Of a stretch of DNA of 64,000 bases, positions 29,667 through 45,229 are shown piece by piece. A program made the translations under genes and the position numbers. The stretch's first letter is position 1; each line of letters starts with the position of its first letter. Origin of the DNA: Eledone cirrhosa (lineage: Eukaryota); contig OZ024742.1 in NCBI GenBank assembly GCA_964016885.1, positions 48,298,001 to 48,362,000 of the forward strand. Direction: 5' to 3'. The notes under the pieces are model-generated. The model did not search any database, was not told the origin of the DNA, and saw nothing but the letters and a program-made list of their open reading frames with translations.

Positions 29667-32600
29667 CTTATAAGGATAATAAGGATTTTTTTTCTTAGCC
29701 CCACTGTGCCCACATAAAAAAATTCTACAAGAAAGCATCCAGAGAAGACTCATTAACTCAGTTAATGCTCGCCATTCTCATCCACCCTTCATCAACAGAG
29801 TAGTTGGAAGGGAGCACTTCCGAATCCTGATTATCCTCTTCAAGTGAAACCTAAATCGTCAACCAGGGCGGAAAGTGCTTGTCTTTAACACTTTCAAAAG
29901 TGTTCAACAACACATTTTGCCATCGCCAGCAGGTAGATTAAAGACTGGAAGGCGGTGGTGATAACTTCATGGTGGACCCAACTGAAAGCCGAGTTCGTCG
30001 CACACGTGCCAGCAGGACTTAGTGGTCTGGTTGCGATTATAATTGTGGTAGTAATACTAGTGTTGCTGTTTCTGATGAATGCCTTGTGGCATTTGCTTTT
30101 ACGGTCTCCTCTGTCATTGCGGATGGAGCCAAACTGTTTTATTGTGAGTGATTGTTTAAAACTCGTCCCCATTGCACACTTTATGTCTAATTATGACAAA
30201 TCGTAGAATAGCATGTCCTCCTCTCCTTTTGTTGTTGCTGTTGTTGTTGTAGTTGTTGACGCTGGTGCTGATGTTGCTGTTATTTCTGCCTTTGTAATTG
30301 CGGTTGGTGTTCTGTCACTGTTCTCGACGTTTCCGCATATGTAGTTCACAATAAATGATTTCGTGTTGGAAGGAGATAGATCTTTTCTATTCTTGTGGTT
30401 TGTTGTGGACAGAACGCTTTGAGATGGGTTTCTGCTCCACAAATATGATATTTTAACTTCTTTTTATTTACCACCGTTATGGGAAGATAGATGCGATTTG
30501 CGAGACCAAATAAATCGGGGAGGGCCCGATGCAGTTTGGATTGTTTTGATATGTACTTCCATCCACGATTCAGACCAGTGTGTTTCTTATTTTATGGTTC
30601 TCTTGTCCTCAAGAGCACAGAGGGCAGTTGCTATTAGCCAAAGAATGGCTATTGCAAGCGGCGTCTGGGTCACTTTCACTTTCATCAATCTCTGGCGTCA
30701 ATATAACGGCATGGGAGTGAACTTCTTGCTTCTGGTAGGATTGTGGTTTTACTTCATGGGAGCCAGTACAAAATCCAGTTACTGAACTAATTCGTTCACT
30801 TCGTTTGATAAATATTTTGTTTGTATTCATGCCACCAATAGCCTTTTGGATTTAGGCCTCGCTGGCCCACTCAACCCGAAGAGATTTAGAACAAAATCGT
30901 ATGGTATGTCACCATAAAACGAAGCTAGTTTTCTATCACGTTTCATGGTGGTATGAGGTTCACGCTGAGACCCCATTTTTATACCATTTTCTTCGCCTCC
31001 GTTAACTCTTCCCGTTTAATAACTAATTTCTCTACATCTTTTGCCGCGGTTAAGAAGGAAGCGGCTGGTTGTGTGTGGGTTCTTTTCTTGTTGCTGGCAA
31101 AGGCTTCTGTTTCCCTTCAACCTATATTGTGATTAGCTGGTCAATCCTCTACTTAACAGGCTTCTTTGTTTGCTAGCTGCTTTGTCATTTTTGTTTTTGC
31201 CACTGTTAGTAGTCGTTGCTGTTGCTGCTATTGTTGTTAGAAATGGAGGACTTGTTAGTGTTGTCTGCAGTGTTATTTGTGAAGGTGATAGTGGTTTTGA
31301 CGTTGGACGTATTTAATTTTTTTGTCTGTTTTCAAGAATATGTAGCACATTTGGTTTCGTGTAGCTTTTCTCTTTCACTATCTTGTCTTGTAGATAGGGA
31401 GGAAGAGTTCGCTTCCATATATTTGAAAAAGGTTTATGGGCGCAATTGGTAAATATAATTGCAATATTTGACCCCAACGCAAATTGTCAAGTTTTGTTCC
31501 CTTCAAAATCCTCTTTATGGTCTTGGGATACGCAATCTTTGTGTGTCAATCCCACGCCTCCCAGGAAAGGTCGCAGGCACATCGCCAATTCTTACAGCAT
31601 GATATTGAAGCTGCAATATACTTTTCTAACAGGCCCCACATCCTAAGGCCTGAACGCATCTTTGTTAACTATTGGTACCAAATGTCTCACCCGCAGTTTC
31701 TTTGTCCTCCCTTCATTCCATAAAACCCGTGATGCCTGTTTAATTGTTATTGCAATTGTGTGACTATCTATTTTTGTTGTTGTGCTTGTTTTCATTTTGT
31801 GGCTGGTTGTTCTGGTTGTAACGTCGGTGGTTTTGTTTGCGGAGCGTGTGTTGTCGGATGTGGTGTTGGTGTCTTACTGTATTTGGAAATGTGGCTGAGT
31901 TTGGTGGGGGCGTTTTTTGTTGGTTTTCTGCGTGTATGTTGGTACGCAAGTTGGAAAGATGCAGGATTATTTTTGTTGTTGTTTCCTGTTTCTGTTTTAT
32001 GTTTGTGAGACCTTAAGAGATCCCACTCTTCCTCACTGCGAGCACAGGGGGCTTTCCTCTGTCTAGGTCAATGGACTCAGGTGGGTATAGTAATGAGTGT
32101 ATGTGAGTGTCTGAATGTGTGTGTGTGTGGTTGGGGGGAATACAGAGAGAGGGCGATTCGACTTTTGAGTATCCCTGGGTGGTTTATGATACTTGGTGTT
32201 ACTGTCTTTGTTATTGGTGTTAGTTTTGTTACTGGTAATGGGGATGCTGTTGGATTCCTGAGTGATTCTTTAGCTGTTCTTCCTGTTGCGGGTGGTGTTA
32301 TTGTTTGTGATGTTGTTGATGGCGCTGCGAATGTGTTGTTATTGTTATTATGGAAATCTGGAGAGAAGAGCAATATTCCCTAATGTATCTTCTCTCAGGA
32401 AATGTGAACAGAAAAAGAAAACAAAAGGAATATAAATTGTTAGAGAAGCCTTTCGGAGTCAGGGAGAGAACAGGTTAGCAACTATAATTACCTTATTAAG
32501 ATCAGATTTGAAATTCCCTATGGAAGTAAATTGATTATGAGAGATTAATTCCTAATTTCTTCAAATGTTCTTTTCTTTTCTATCGGTTGCACTAACTATT

Positions 32601-33567
32601 GCCGTTAGCACATTATATTCCCTGTTTTACCTAAGGTATTAGGGGCACCAATTAAATTAGGGTATTTTTCGTACAGAATTTCGTACGTTACACTTTAAGA
32701 TAATTACCAAAGTCCGTCTGACTTATAAAAAATCGACAGATATTTCTGGGGAAAAATTCAAATAGTTAATTAGCCTGACGTTTCGTCATGGCGGAGTAAG
32801 TGCCTTTAAATAGCACAAGGTTATTGTGAAATTTGACTCTATTTAATACAATGTTAATGGAACGTAGAGCAGCTCTTTACAAGCTATGTCTCATTCTAAA
32901 GTTGAAATAAAGGCATTTATAATTTCTCTTCTAAATATGAACAAAGGAACTTTACATGATGATGGAGATGTTACATTTTCAATGTCTTATAAAATAGGGA
33001 TTCTTGGTATATTCTCAAGAAATCAATGTAATATTTAAACCAAACAAGATGTATATAAACTAAGTGGGACAGATTCATATGCAGCACTTACGCCATAACC
33101 AAAATATTTTAGTTCCTAAAATAATATATCTATAGTTTATATGAAATATTATCCAGTATATTCAACACTTAAGACGAGAGTATGATTTTGAAGTAGACAG
33201 GGATGTTAATATATTAGTGACGATATATATCTATATATCTATATATATGTGTAGGGTAGAACATAGGAGATACACAAAATAACAATTTAGTCACCGAGTG
33301 CGTCACTGGAAATTTGTAATAAAATGAAGTGAAGAACCACAGTCGCGTTTTTCTATTGGCAGCTTAACTTTCCCAAAGTATAACAATCTCTGTTTCAACA
33401 CAGGTTTTCAGATAAGAATTTTTGCAAAAGAAAAACAAAAACGAAGTATATATATATTGAGCTCTGCCATCGGGGTCAATCTTTTTCCTATTACCCACTG
33501 TACTACCCTTAGTATTGAGTACTCTGGTGCGTTATGGTCCATCTGGTTCCTTACCACACCTTCTTCG

Positions 33568-33635
<68 letters not shown>

Positions 33636-33901
33636 AATGTAATCTGAGTTTTACGAATATTAATAATAACATTCGATTTATTGGCAATTATGCAAGTAAG
33701 CCTCAATTTTATAGCCATGTCAGTAAAATGAACCCTTAATTCTTGCTCTCGTGTTGGCATATCGGCTATAATATTTAGGCTTGTTTGCATAATTTCAAAT
33801 GAATCGATTGTTATTATTAATATTCGAAAAACTCAGATTACATTTATTGTATTCAGCCATGTAGAGCGAAAGAAAGTTTTCTTATATATATATATATATA
33901 T

Positions 33902-34563
33902 AATTCGAATTTTGTTTATCGTGAACTCGTGCGCCGATTTTTCGATACTCGATTATTCTACTATATTTAGCTCTAGACTTAGCTATTGACCAGTTCATTT
34001 TATTGTTCATTTTTTGTCGATTCTATTGAATGATGAATAGCTCCTGTTTATTTTAACATGTCTATTGAGCACTCTTATTCGATATGTGTATTTCCACATT
34101 TTCCCGAATATTTTTTTGCGATATAGAGGTTATCTCCCTTGCTGAATTCCATGTGCGTTTTTTCAACTTGGGTTATGTCTTTTTATTCGTTCGGACAAAA
34201 GCTCGTTGAGGAAGTAAATTCCGGTCCGCTGCTTTCTAGAAGACTTATATATTTTTATGTGGGCTGATAGAGGGTGGTTTAAGGATTTACAGAAACCCAA
34301 GAAGCTAGATTTACCATCTTTCTAGCGGGTCCGGGTATGGTTTTTACATTCATTTGATTTATTGATTTATTGATATTTTATCTGAGTGTCCCGAAACTTC
34401 CAGATCGTATGGTTGATTTTAGAGATGTTCTATGTGTGTCGGTATTTTAACGATAGTTATAGCTCTGATTTATCTGAATTATTGAGCCTTCTGCCGCTCA
34501 TTTCGAATTTTGTTTATCGTGAACTCGTGCGCCGATTTTTCGATACTCGATTATTCTACTATA
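33902..34563. repeat. (TA)n-flanked 660-bp segment with ~60-bp direct terminal repeats (pLTR-like partial tandem)
   Basis: TTCGAATTTTGTTTATCGTGAACTCGTGCGCCGATTTTTCGATACTCGATTATTCTACTATAT near 33904 and 34502. Confidence 0.75.
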
Positions 34564-34779
34564 TATATATATATATACATATATATATTTTTTCGCTTTG
34601 GCCCCACTCGGTCACGGATGACCATGGTTTTGCACCTAGAAAGTTTCCCTCCGAGGCACAAACCTGGCCAAGGTTATTTTGAGGAAGACCAGCAGTCATA
34701 CCAGTCACCGGTGTTGTCCACGCGAAAGGCAATAACCGATACAGCTTGGCTCTAGTCACGTCGCAAATCATTTCTATAG

Positions 34780-36735
<1,956 letters not shown>

Positions 36736-36736
36736 G

Positions 36737-36769
<33 letters not shown>

Positions 36770-36770
36770 T

Positions 36771-36861
<91 letters not shown>

Positions 36862-36868
36862 ATATATA

Positions 36869-36929
<61 letters not shown>

Positions 36930-36932
<3 letters not shown>

Positions 36933-37636
36933 AAAGTTTTATTTAAAATTGTTGGGTTAGAGCAAGTAAATATTTTATAACTGATATAAAGCACTCGACA
37001 AGTTTTTGGAGTAGATATACAATATTAAACAAATGGAAACTATATTTATAAAACCATATTAATTTCATTATACATATTTCAGGGATACCATATTAAAAAT
37101 ATGGCATGCCTTCGTCGGATAAAATACAATATATAAACAGTTTTATAAATAATTTTGACGTACCATAATATAAGCGACCATTAAATTAGGAGGCTGCCTT
37201 GTAGTGAAGTGTTTATAATTGTTTAGTTATAGTGTTAAGCACAGTTAGAAAAAAGACGGAGAGAAAAAAGAAGAAGCTGAGGTAAAGAAAAACAGAGAGA
37301 GAGAGGGGAGAGAGAAAGAAGGAGGAGGTGAAAAAAGCAACAGATAAATAATAATAATTCACCATACAAATAGAGAGATTCAAGAGAGAGGGAGTACTAT
37401 ATAGAGAGAGAGTACAGTAATTATTTAGTTATAGTGTTAATAAACACTTCACTACCAAGGCAGCCTCCTAATTTAATGGTCGCTTATATTATGGTACGTC
37501 AAAATTATTTATAAAACTGTTTATATATTGTATTATATCTGAGGAAGGCATGCCATATTTTTAATATGGTATCCCTGAAATATGTATAATGAAATAAATA
37601 TGGTTTTATAAATATAGTTTCCATTTGTTTAATATC

Positions 37637-37638
<2 letters not shown>
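36930..37638. repeat. (TA)n-flanked fold-back element (arms about 37023-37215 / 37440-37634); a shorter copy lies at 28272-28515
   Basis: Reverse-complement arms read directly; shared start GCAAA(A/G)GTTTTATTTAAAATTGTTGGGTTA. Confidence 0.85.
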
Positions 37639-37712
<74 letters not shown>

Positions 37713-37744
37713 CTATCTATATATATATATATGTACATATATAT

Positions 37745-38609
37745 ATTTATTAAAATAACAGATTAAAGTTTAAGCAAAGAATCGCTGCTTTCACCCTTAA
37801 CGGGATCTTCTGAAACTAACAAAGTCAATCTGTAAACGCAGAACTGGATATTTCAAAAAACGTTGCAACCGGAGGAAGACAGGAAGACGATACTTTGGTT
37901 CGTGGTAACGTTCGCTGGCAAAGAACGGGAAAAAACGAATAATACGTCATTAATAGGAGCGGTGAAAAACAATTACGCGCAAAGACAAAACCACGTTTAT
38001 GGTATAAAAGAGGTCGTAGACTAATGTTCTCTTAGGTGGTGCATAGAGACGTTCTCTGGCAATGAACGAAAAAACGAAGATAATAAGTCATATGTGGAGC
38101 GTGGAGAACAATAGCACGCAAAGACAAAACCACGTAAATGGTATAGCAGAAATCGTAGACTAAAATTCTAACTAGCAGACCAAATGAATCTCCGCTACAG
38201 AGTTTTGCCAGAGAACGTCTCTATGCACCACCTAAGAGAACATTAGTCTACGACCTCTTTTATACCATAGACGTGGTTTTGTCTTTGCGCGTAATTGCTT
38301 TTCACCGCTCCTATTAATGACGTATTATTCGTTTTTTCCCGTTCTTTGCCAGCGAACGTTACCACGAACCAAAGTATCGTCTTCCTGTCTTCCTCCGGTT
38401 GCAACGTTTTTTGAAATATCCAGTTCTGCGTTTACAGATTGACTTTGTTAGTTTCAGAAGATCCCGTTAAGGGTGAAAGCAGCGATTCTTTGCTTAAACT
38501 TTAATCTGTTATTTTAATAAATATTTGCTCTACGGTTCTTATATATTTGATATATATTTTCCTTATCGAGCCCTCTTTGGATTTTAGTCTTCAATTTTAT
38601 TATTATTAC

Positions 38610-38610
<1 letters not shown>
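37745..38610. repeat. (TA)n-flanked fold-back element (arms about 37745-38058 / 38207-38523) with ~130-bp internal subrepeats; relatives at 38675-39060, 44435-44505 and 62928-63560
   Basis: RC arms; recurrent CGCAAAGACAAAACCACG...TCGTAGACTAA. Confidence 0.85.
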
Positions 38611-38680
<70 letters not shown>

Positions 38681-39047
38681 AGTCGTAGACTAATATTCTA
38701 TTAGGTGGTTCATAGAGTCGTTCTCTTGCAATGAACGGAAAAAATGAAGATTATACGTCATATGTGGAGCTGGAAGAACAATTGCACGCAAAGACAAAAC
38801 CACATAAATGGTATAGCTGAAGTCGTAGACTAAAATTCTAACTAAGAAACCGAATGATTCTCGGCTTCAATGTTAAGAATAAAGTAAATAAAATACAGAG
38901 GTAATTGAAATTAAATAAATACATACAGGCATCCATATACGTACATACACAAGCATACGTGAAAACACTTGCCATAGGTATACAAATACACGCACGTACA
39001 CACGCACACACACGCGCAACAATAAATAAAAACCCGCACGCACATAC

Positions 39048-39080
<33 letters not shown>

Positions 39081-39089
39081 TATATATAT

Positions 39090-39340
39090 TCCGCTGTCAT
39101 CAACAGCGTCACCTCAGCCTTCTTCAAACCCACCGACTCCCACTCCTATCTCGAATTCACCTCCTCCCACCCTACACACACAAAACACTCCATTCCCTAC
39201 TCCCAATTCCTCTGGACCGCCGCCTTTGCAGCCGAGAAGCTTACTCCTAGCCTCAGGTCCTGTCTATGGTCAGCCATTTCATCCGGAGAGGGTACCGCTT
39301 CATCCACGCCGCCCTCAACTTCGCCCACGCAGTCCACTAC
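39090..39340 (+). pseudogene. Penelope-like (Neptune-type) RT thumb fragment, frameshifted
   Basis: Translates FKPTDSHSYLEFTSSHPTHTKHSIPYSQFL, then RRLCS and HFIRRGY in a shifted frame. Begins right after a microsatellite tract. Confidence 0.85.
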
Positions 39341-41194
39341 TCCGCCGCCCTCACCCCACGTCCCCCACGCCCCCACCCACCGTCTCCACTTACCCTCACC
39401 TACCCCTCGACCGTACCATCCTCCGCCACTTCTGACGCCTCTAGTCCGACCCTTCCACCTCCCACATCTTCCCAACCGCCAGAACCTCCGCGTCCGCAGC
39501 TCCCTACCGCCAAGCCCCGTCCCCCCACTTCTCTTCCTTGCTCCAGACACCGCAGCCACACCTGCCCCCACATTACTAACACCACCACCTTCCAGGGAGG
39601 TGCAGCGGAAGGCAAAGGCATGCACATCTAGCCACCCCACCCTCTTGGTTTACCCCACAATTAATACCACTAACAACCGCCCTCCGCCTATCGCACACGC
39701 ACCCACAGCCTCAACAAACACACACACACCAGTACATATATACACTCACTCGCACTATTCACACACCCTACTACCACCGCTAACCCCCTCCCACACTTCC
39801 ACATCCGACCACCCCACCACTAATAATACTAAACATCCCCCAACCCACCTACCCCCACACCACGCACACACGACTACTCACTAGCATACATACACTAACC
39901 CACACCCACGTACATACCGATACACAATCCACTCCACACCCGCACTACTACCACTAAACCCCACCCACACACGCGTACTTTTGTCCCCCACCACTAATAA
40001 TAATAACACTCACCCTACCACACGCACACACATACCAGTATATAACACTCATTCATACTGTACCCAGTACTTTCTATCTCTCGCCCCGGCAACCAACACC
40101 TCCACCGAGCACACACATGCTACTAACACCTTCACTAATATACACCCCTTCCCACATACACACACACAAGGCCAACCTCTCCCCCAACTGTTCACACCTA
40201 TCCACCCCCTCCTCTGTGCACCGCAACTCCCCACCTACATACACGCCACACCTGCCAAACACCACTCGCCTGTCTTTTACCCTCTTAACTGCTATCTCCT
40301 CTCTCTCGCATCCTTCGCCCTGCCTTGACCTTCTTGGCCACTTCCTGTTGCGCGCGCGCCCCACAACTTTCTATTTTCTTTCACCAATCCCACGGATCCT
40401 ACCTACCCCACTGGTCACACACTCTGGACATACACCTTTTTATACCCGGATATTTTCACCATCTGTTCACACACTCACCGGGAAAACATTCAGGAACACA
40501 CACACACAAACCCTTACACTAGTTTCGCACACACGCAACCATACAATCCAAAATATCCACACCACATAAAAACACACACACACACGTTCGTATTCTCACA
40601 AACAGCTATTCAGCTCCCTCTCCTCCACCCCCACCGACCCCTCTCCATCCACACTGACTTACACGCCACCCCATGTACACACTGGTTTTCCTATTACCCG
40701 AACATGGAACTTCGTATTCCCCGCACTCTCACACTCACATCCACACATACACACACACGTACACCTACACACATACATACACACCACCTTACGCCCTCCC
40801 GCGCTCTACCCCACGTTTTTTCTCCCCCTCCCTCTCCATCCACCCACCACCACCTCTACACGCCTCACACCCTTTCACCAATTGTTTTCATTTTAATTTG
40901 TTTCCCTCTTTTTATTTTTTTCTGTCTTTTTAACCCCCCTCCCCTCCCCTGTAATGTCTTTCCACCACTCACCACCCCCCATTACACCCTTAGATCTCTA
41001 TTCCTTCTCACTTTTCCACTTTTCTCTTGAAAACGTCGTCCCCCACCCTCACATTCTCAACCGAGAACCTGATACCAAAACTGTTCGCACTGCACTCTTT
41101 GCTATTGTTTTTATTTGTTTTTTTTTTAACTTATATATATATATAAATATATATAAAGTTAAAATAAAAATATATATATACATATATATATATT

Positions 41195-41231
<37 letters not shown>

Positions 41232-41232
41232 T

Positions 41233-42088
41233 AAATCATGTCCTTAGAATTATTAGATAAAATATATACCAATTATTCTAATTGGGAGAGGAAATGGTCT
41301 ATATTTTATCTAATAATTCTAAGGACATGATTATGATATATTGCTCTGATTATTTAATATATTAATTCTTCATTGAGCCACAACGTGACCGGTTCCCACA
41401 TATATATCTATGACTTTATGTATATGTAAATCTTTATATTTAATAATCACCCATTAGGTTGAGATACAATTGGGCGTTATTGGGCTGCGCTTTCTAACAA
41501 CAAGCCTACCCGCCGTAAGCAACTAATCACATTCTTTCTAACTTGACCACTGCCACGTCACGATTCTTAGCCATTTTTTAATCTATTTTTGACGCGATCA
41601 CTTTGGAAAATTAACTGTCCAATCTTGAGTTTTCTCCTGATGAGTCTGTTACTCTGGATATATCCTGATAATACGATGTCTAAAAATACGGACGAAACCA
41701 TGGTAGAGATATAATTGCGGTATGTACATATTTCTTCTAAGTTTGAATTTACACCTAATTGTGTATGGTTGACGGTATATTTAGTCAGTTTCTACATGCT
41801 GTTGAAATGTTGGATAAATACTCTATTGAGGCCATCGCGAAGAGGCCGCTTTCGGTTATTTGTCGAAAATTTCTTCATAGGAGCCTTTATTCTTATGGCC
41901 TGTTCTAATTGATTTTTTATATTGTTAATTATGCAAATTGGGAGAGGAAATGGTATATATTTTATCTAATAATTCTAAGGACATGATTTATGATATATTG
42001 CTCTGATTATTTAATTTATTAATTCTTCATTGCGCCACAACGTGACCGGTTGCCACATATATATCTATGACTTTATGTATATATAAAT

Positions 42089-42095
<7 letters not shown>
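41233..42095 (+). mobile_element. pLTR-like unit: short 5' inversion, HHR, and ~160-bp terminal direct repeats (41280-41440 / 41937-42095), flanked by (TA)n
   Basis: ATTGGGAGAGGAAATGGT...ATCTATGACTTTATGTATAT repeated about 657 bp apart; 41233-41272 is the RC of unit sequence. Confidence 0.8.
41633..41709 (+). ncRNA. Minimal type I hammerhead ribozyme
   Basis: TCTC-CTGATGA-GTCTGT...ACGGAC-GAAA-CCATGG-TA-GAGA; palindrome ACCATGGT, GUA triplet. Confidence 0.9.
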
Positions 42096-42148
<53 letters not shown>

Positions 42149-42489
42149 CCTCATATACGTAAGATGATCGAAACAACTTATTCAGTTCGTTCAGTTAGGA
42201 TGTTTATGTCGGGTATGACATTTTAGTACTGCGAAGGATGCACAGATCATCCAAGAGCGAGGAATACTTGACAATGTTTTCAGTATATGTAATAATTCTT
42301 TTCTCCTCTCTCTTTTTTCTTGAAGCCTATAGATTCAACTGGATTTACAGTTCCGGATCACATTATTACACGGAAAATTTTAGTTCCTCTGCAGTAAGGC
42401 CACTTGCTCAAATAGCTCATACCGAACATTGATTGATGAAAGTTTACTCTTCACCGTCGGTTTGTACCTGAGACATGGCCCTTCATCAT

Positions 42490-42725
42490 TTCAATATTAA
42501 CTATAAAGCTGGCAGTATATGACGAGTTTAATTATTATTTTGTCACTCTCTGTGATGATATGACCAGCCCAGTGTAGTTTAGATTTCATAGGACGTGGCA
42601 GAGTGCCTACAATTTTGCATTTATCAGCGTTAGATAATTTGTTTTTTAATGTGTACCCAGAGATAGCTCGAGGACGTGCTTTATTAAAAACATCAACTTG
42701 GTTAATGTTTGAACTATATTGCGCC
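42490..42725 (-). pseudogene. Possible LINE (RTE-type) C-terminal remnant
   Basis: KLHWAGHII resembles the K/R-W-x-GH motif of RTE ORF2 tails; it is the only motif seen. Confidence 0.4.
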
Positions 42726-42780
42726 AAAGATTCTGATATATATATATATATATGTATACGTGTGTGAGTGTGCGTGTGTA

Positions 42781-42889
<109 letters not shown>

Positions 42890-43435
42890 ACTGATGCAAA
42901 TTTACAAACAATTAGACCGACCAACTAACTAGGTGTTTGTATACCACGGACAGTTTGTCGGTGTCAAAATAACGCTAGAAATAACTCACATATAACGCCA
43001 TATAATCAACTCAACAGCTAAGAAGTAGTCAATATTCTAAACGATATTTGTCACTAATGTATAGATTATCTCAATGAATGATCGCCAAAATATATCTAAT
43101 TCAGAGATAAAGGAATAAATGTACACAGGAATATACCAAATATTTACTTTTAAAGTAATTGCTTACTTTTTAACTATCCACCTAGATCTTAATATTTCAT
43201 CTTTGTTACTCTTTATAAGGGGATGCCAACGCGAAATCTGGTTGTACAACGTCACAGAATGGACGCAAATGACGACACCGTATATGTTGACGACCGCCGT
43301 GTGCTAGATATTGTGTGTGCTTCTTCTGCGTTAGGTCCCCACCGACGACTACAGAAGTAAAAGGACTGATGATGATGATAATGATATTTTTACTTTTATT
43401 TGTTTTACTTCATGTAATTGTGTAGATAAATTATA

Positions 43436-43619
43436 TAATTGTTTCTACTTTAGGCACAAGGCCAGCAATTACCCAGTGCATTACTGGTACTTTAGTTTAT
43501 CGACCCCGTAAGGATGAAAGGCAAAGTCAACCTCGGCGGGATTTGAACTCAGATCGTAAAGGGACGTAACTATGCTGGAAAGCATGGCGTCCGACCCTCT
43601 ACCAATACTGCCAATCCAC
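43436..43619 (-). mobile_element. tRNA-derived SINE, family A
   Basis: Near-identical to 703-872. Confidence 0.85.
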
Positions 43620-43750
43620 AATATTCATTCATATTTTATCCAAAATAATCCAACTTATTTTACTAACGAGATAACTAATTATAAACGGACGCTGTCCCGC
43701 ACTCCTCCATTTATTATATTATAGATACTTGAAATCTTACCTTCTTTTCG

Positions 43751-43788
<38 letters not shown>

Positions 43789-44383
43789 TAGCTGAGGTAC
43801 CCGGTAAAACCCGGGAGCGCGTTATTCTCAGTTCCCATTAAAATGCCCATTGCCTCTCAGTCCAAAATTGAGATCAAAATATAGGACAGATAATCAAAAG
43901 CGAACACAAATTCATTTACAAACAATAATACAAACAAATATTGTTGATTGAATTGGTCAAGCGAATAAATGTTTGTCAGAGAAGTTGATTGTAGCTATAA
44001 GGAAAAATATAGAACCATGGGATAGGTTGAGAATTTTTTTTTTTGTAAGAGAAACTGAGGACTTGCAATAACTGCTGGATTAGTAAAGCGATAAACTGCT
44101 GGTCAGATCAGTGTAGTGCTGCCTCAATGCTATGTGAACAGTGAGCTGTACTGATGATGGGTGATACCCAGAAACATTAGTGTCTGCAGTTCTGTTCGCA
44201 CGCCAACACAAGAGCAAATTTTTAATTTCCCAGTGTTTCTAAATTAGAGCAAGAATCAAGTGTTCGTTCTACTGACATGGCTATAAAATTGAGGCTTGTT
44301 TGCATAACGAATCGAATGTTGTTATTAATATTAATATTAATATTAATATTAATATTCGAAAAATTCAGATTACATTTATTATA

Positions 44384-44422
<39 letters not shown>

Positions 44423-44504
44423 AATGTAATCTAAGTTTCAGAAGATCCCGTTAAGGGTGAAAGCAGCGATTCTTTGCTTAAACTTCAATCTGTTATTTTA
44501 ATAA

Positions 44505-44580
<76 letters not shown>

Positions 44581-45229
44581 CTGTGTATGAATATATATAT
44601 ATATATATATGTACACCATTTATGTTGTGTGGCTTACCAATGCTCATTTTGGTTAGCAAATTATTGTTATAAGTTAAAGCCCTCGATGTTATGCAAATCG
44701 TCAATCTTGTGGTTGTTGCAGGATCGGAATTAAAACAACAGAATTCAGATTTGATATATTTTTTATCATTGTAAAAACACAATACGTATTTCCATGACCT
44801 TGTTTCTTTATGACGCAAAACGTTGGAAGTGTCATGATGTATATAATGCCAAGATTAGTTATTTGATAACAGGTTCAGGGCAAAAACAGACAGAGAATAT
44901 ACTTGATTTGGAGACAGCCCACCATTTCGGTGTTATTGTTGCGACTAATTATCACCAAATTGCACACAATCTGCAATGTTAAGCATTGCTGATCGCTAGG
45001 TACGCATAAATAGTGGGGGTTGGGGCGTTGGGGGGGGGGGGCTTTTGGTGGCGTCGGGAATTATGCTGGTCTCAAATATTGCCGTGTCCGTAACCAGAGC
45101 CAAACATCTGCCGTTACGACAGCTCAGGTGTACCAAATATTGAGTCAGTAGTCTCTGGCCGAAAACCAGCGTAGAAGTGTCGGGGCAAAAGTTTAAAGGA
45201 AGTATATGCTTTATATATATATATATATA

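Noticed and set aside
32772-32845. Minus-strand GTCA...TGAC-GAAA-CG-TC-AGGC, the 3' half of a minimal hammerhead
   Set aside because: The CUGANGA box and 5' stem I arm are not recognisable; at best a fossil.
38905-41030. Pro/Thr/His-rich ORFs as a mucin- or extensin-like gene
   Set aside because: Open frames overlap in all phases because of C/A skew, and the only real motif is a frameshifted PLE thumb.
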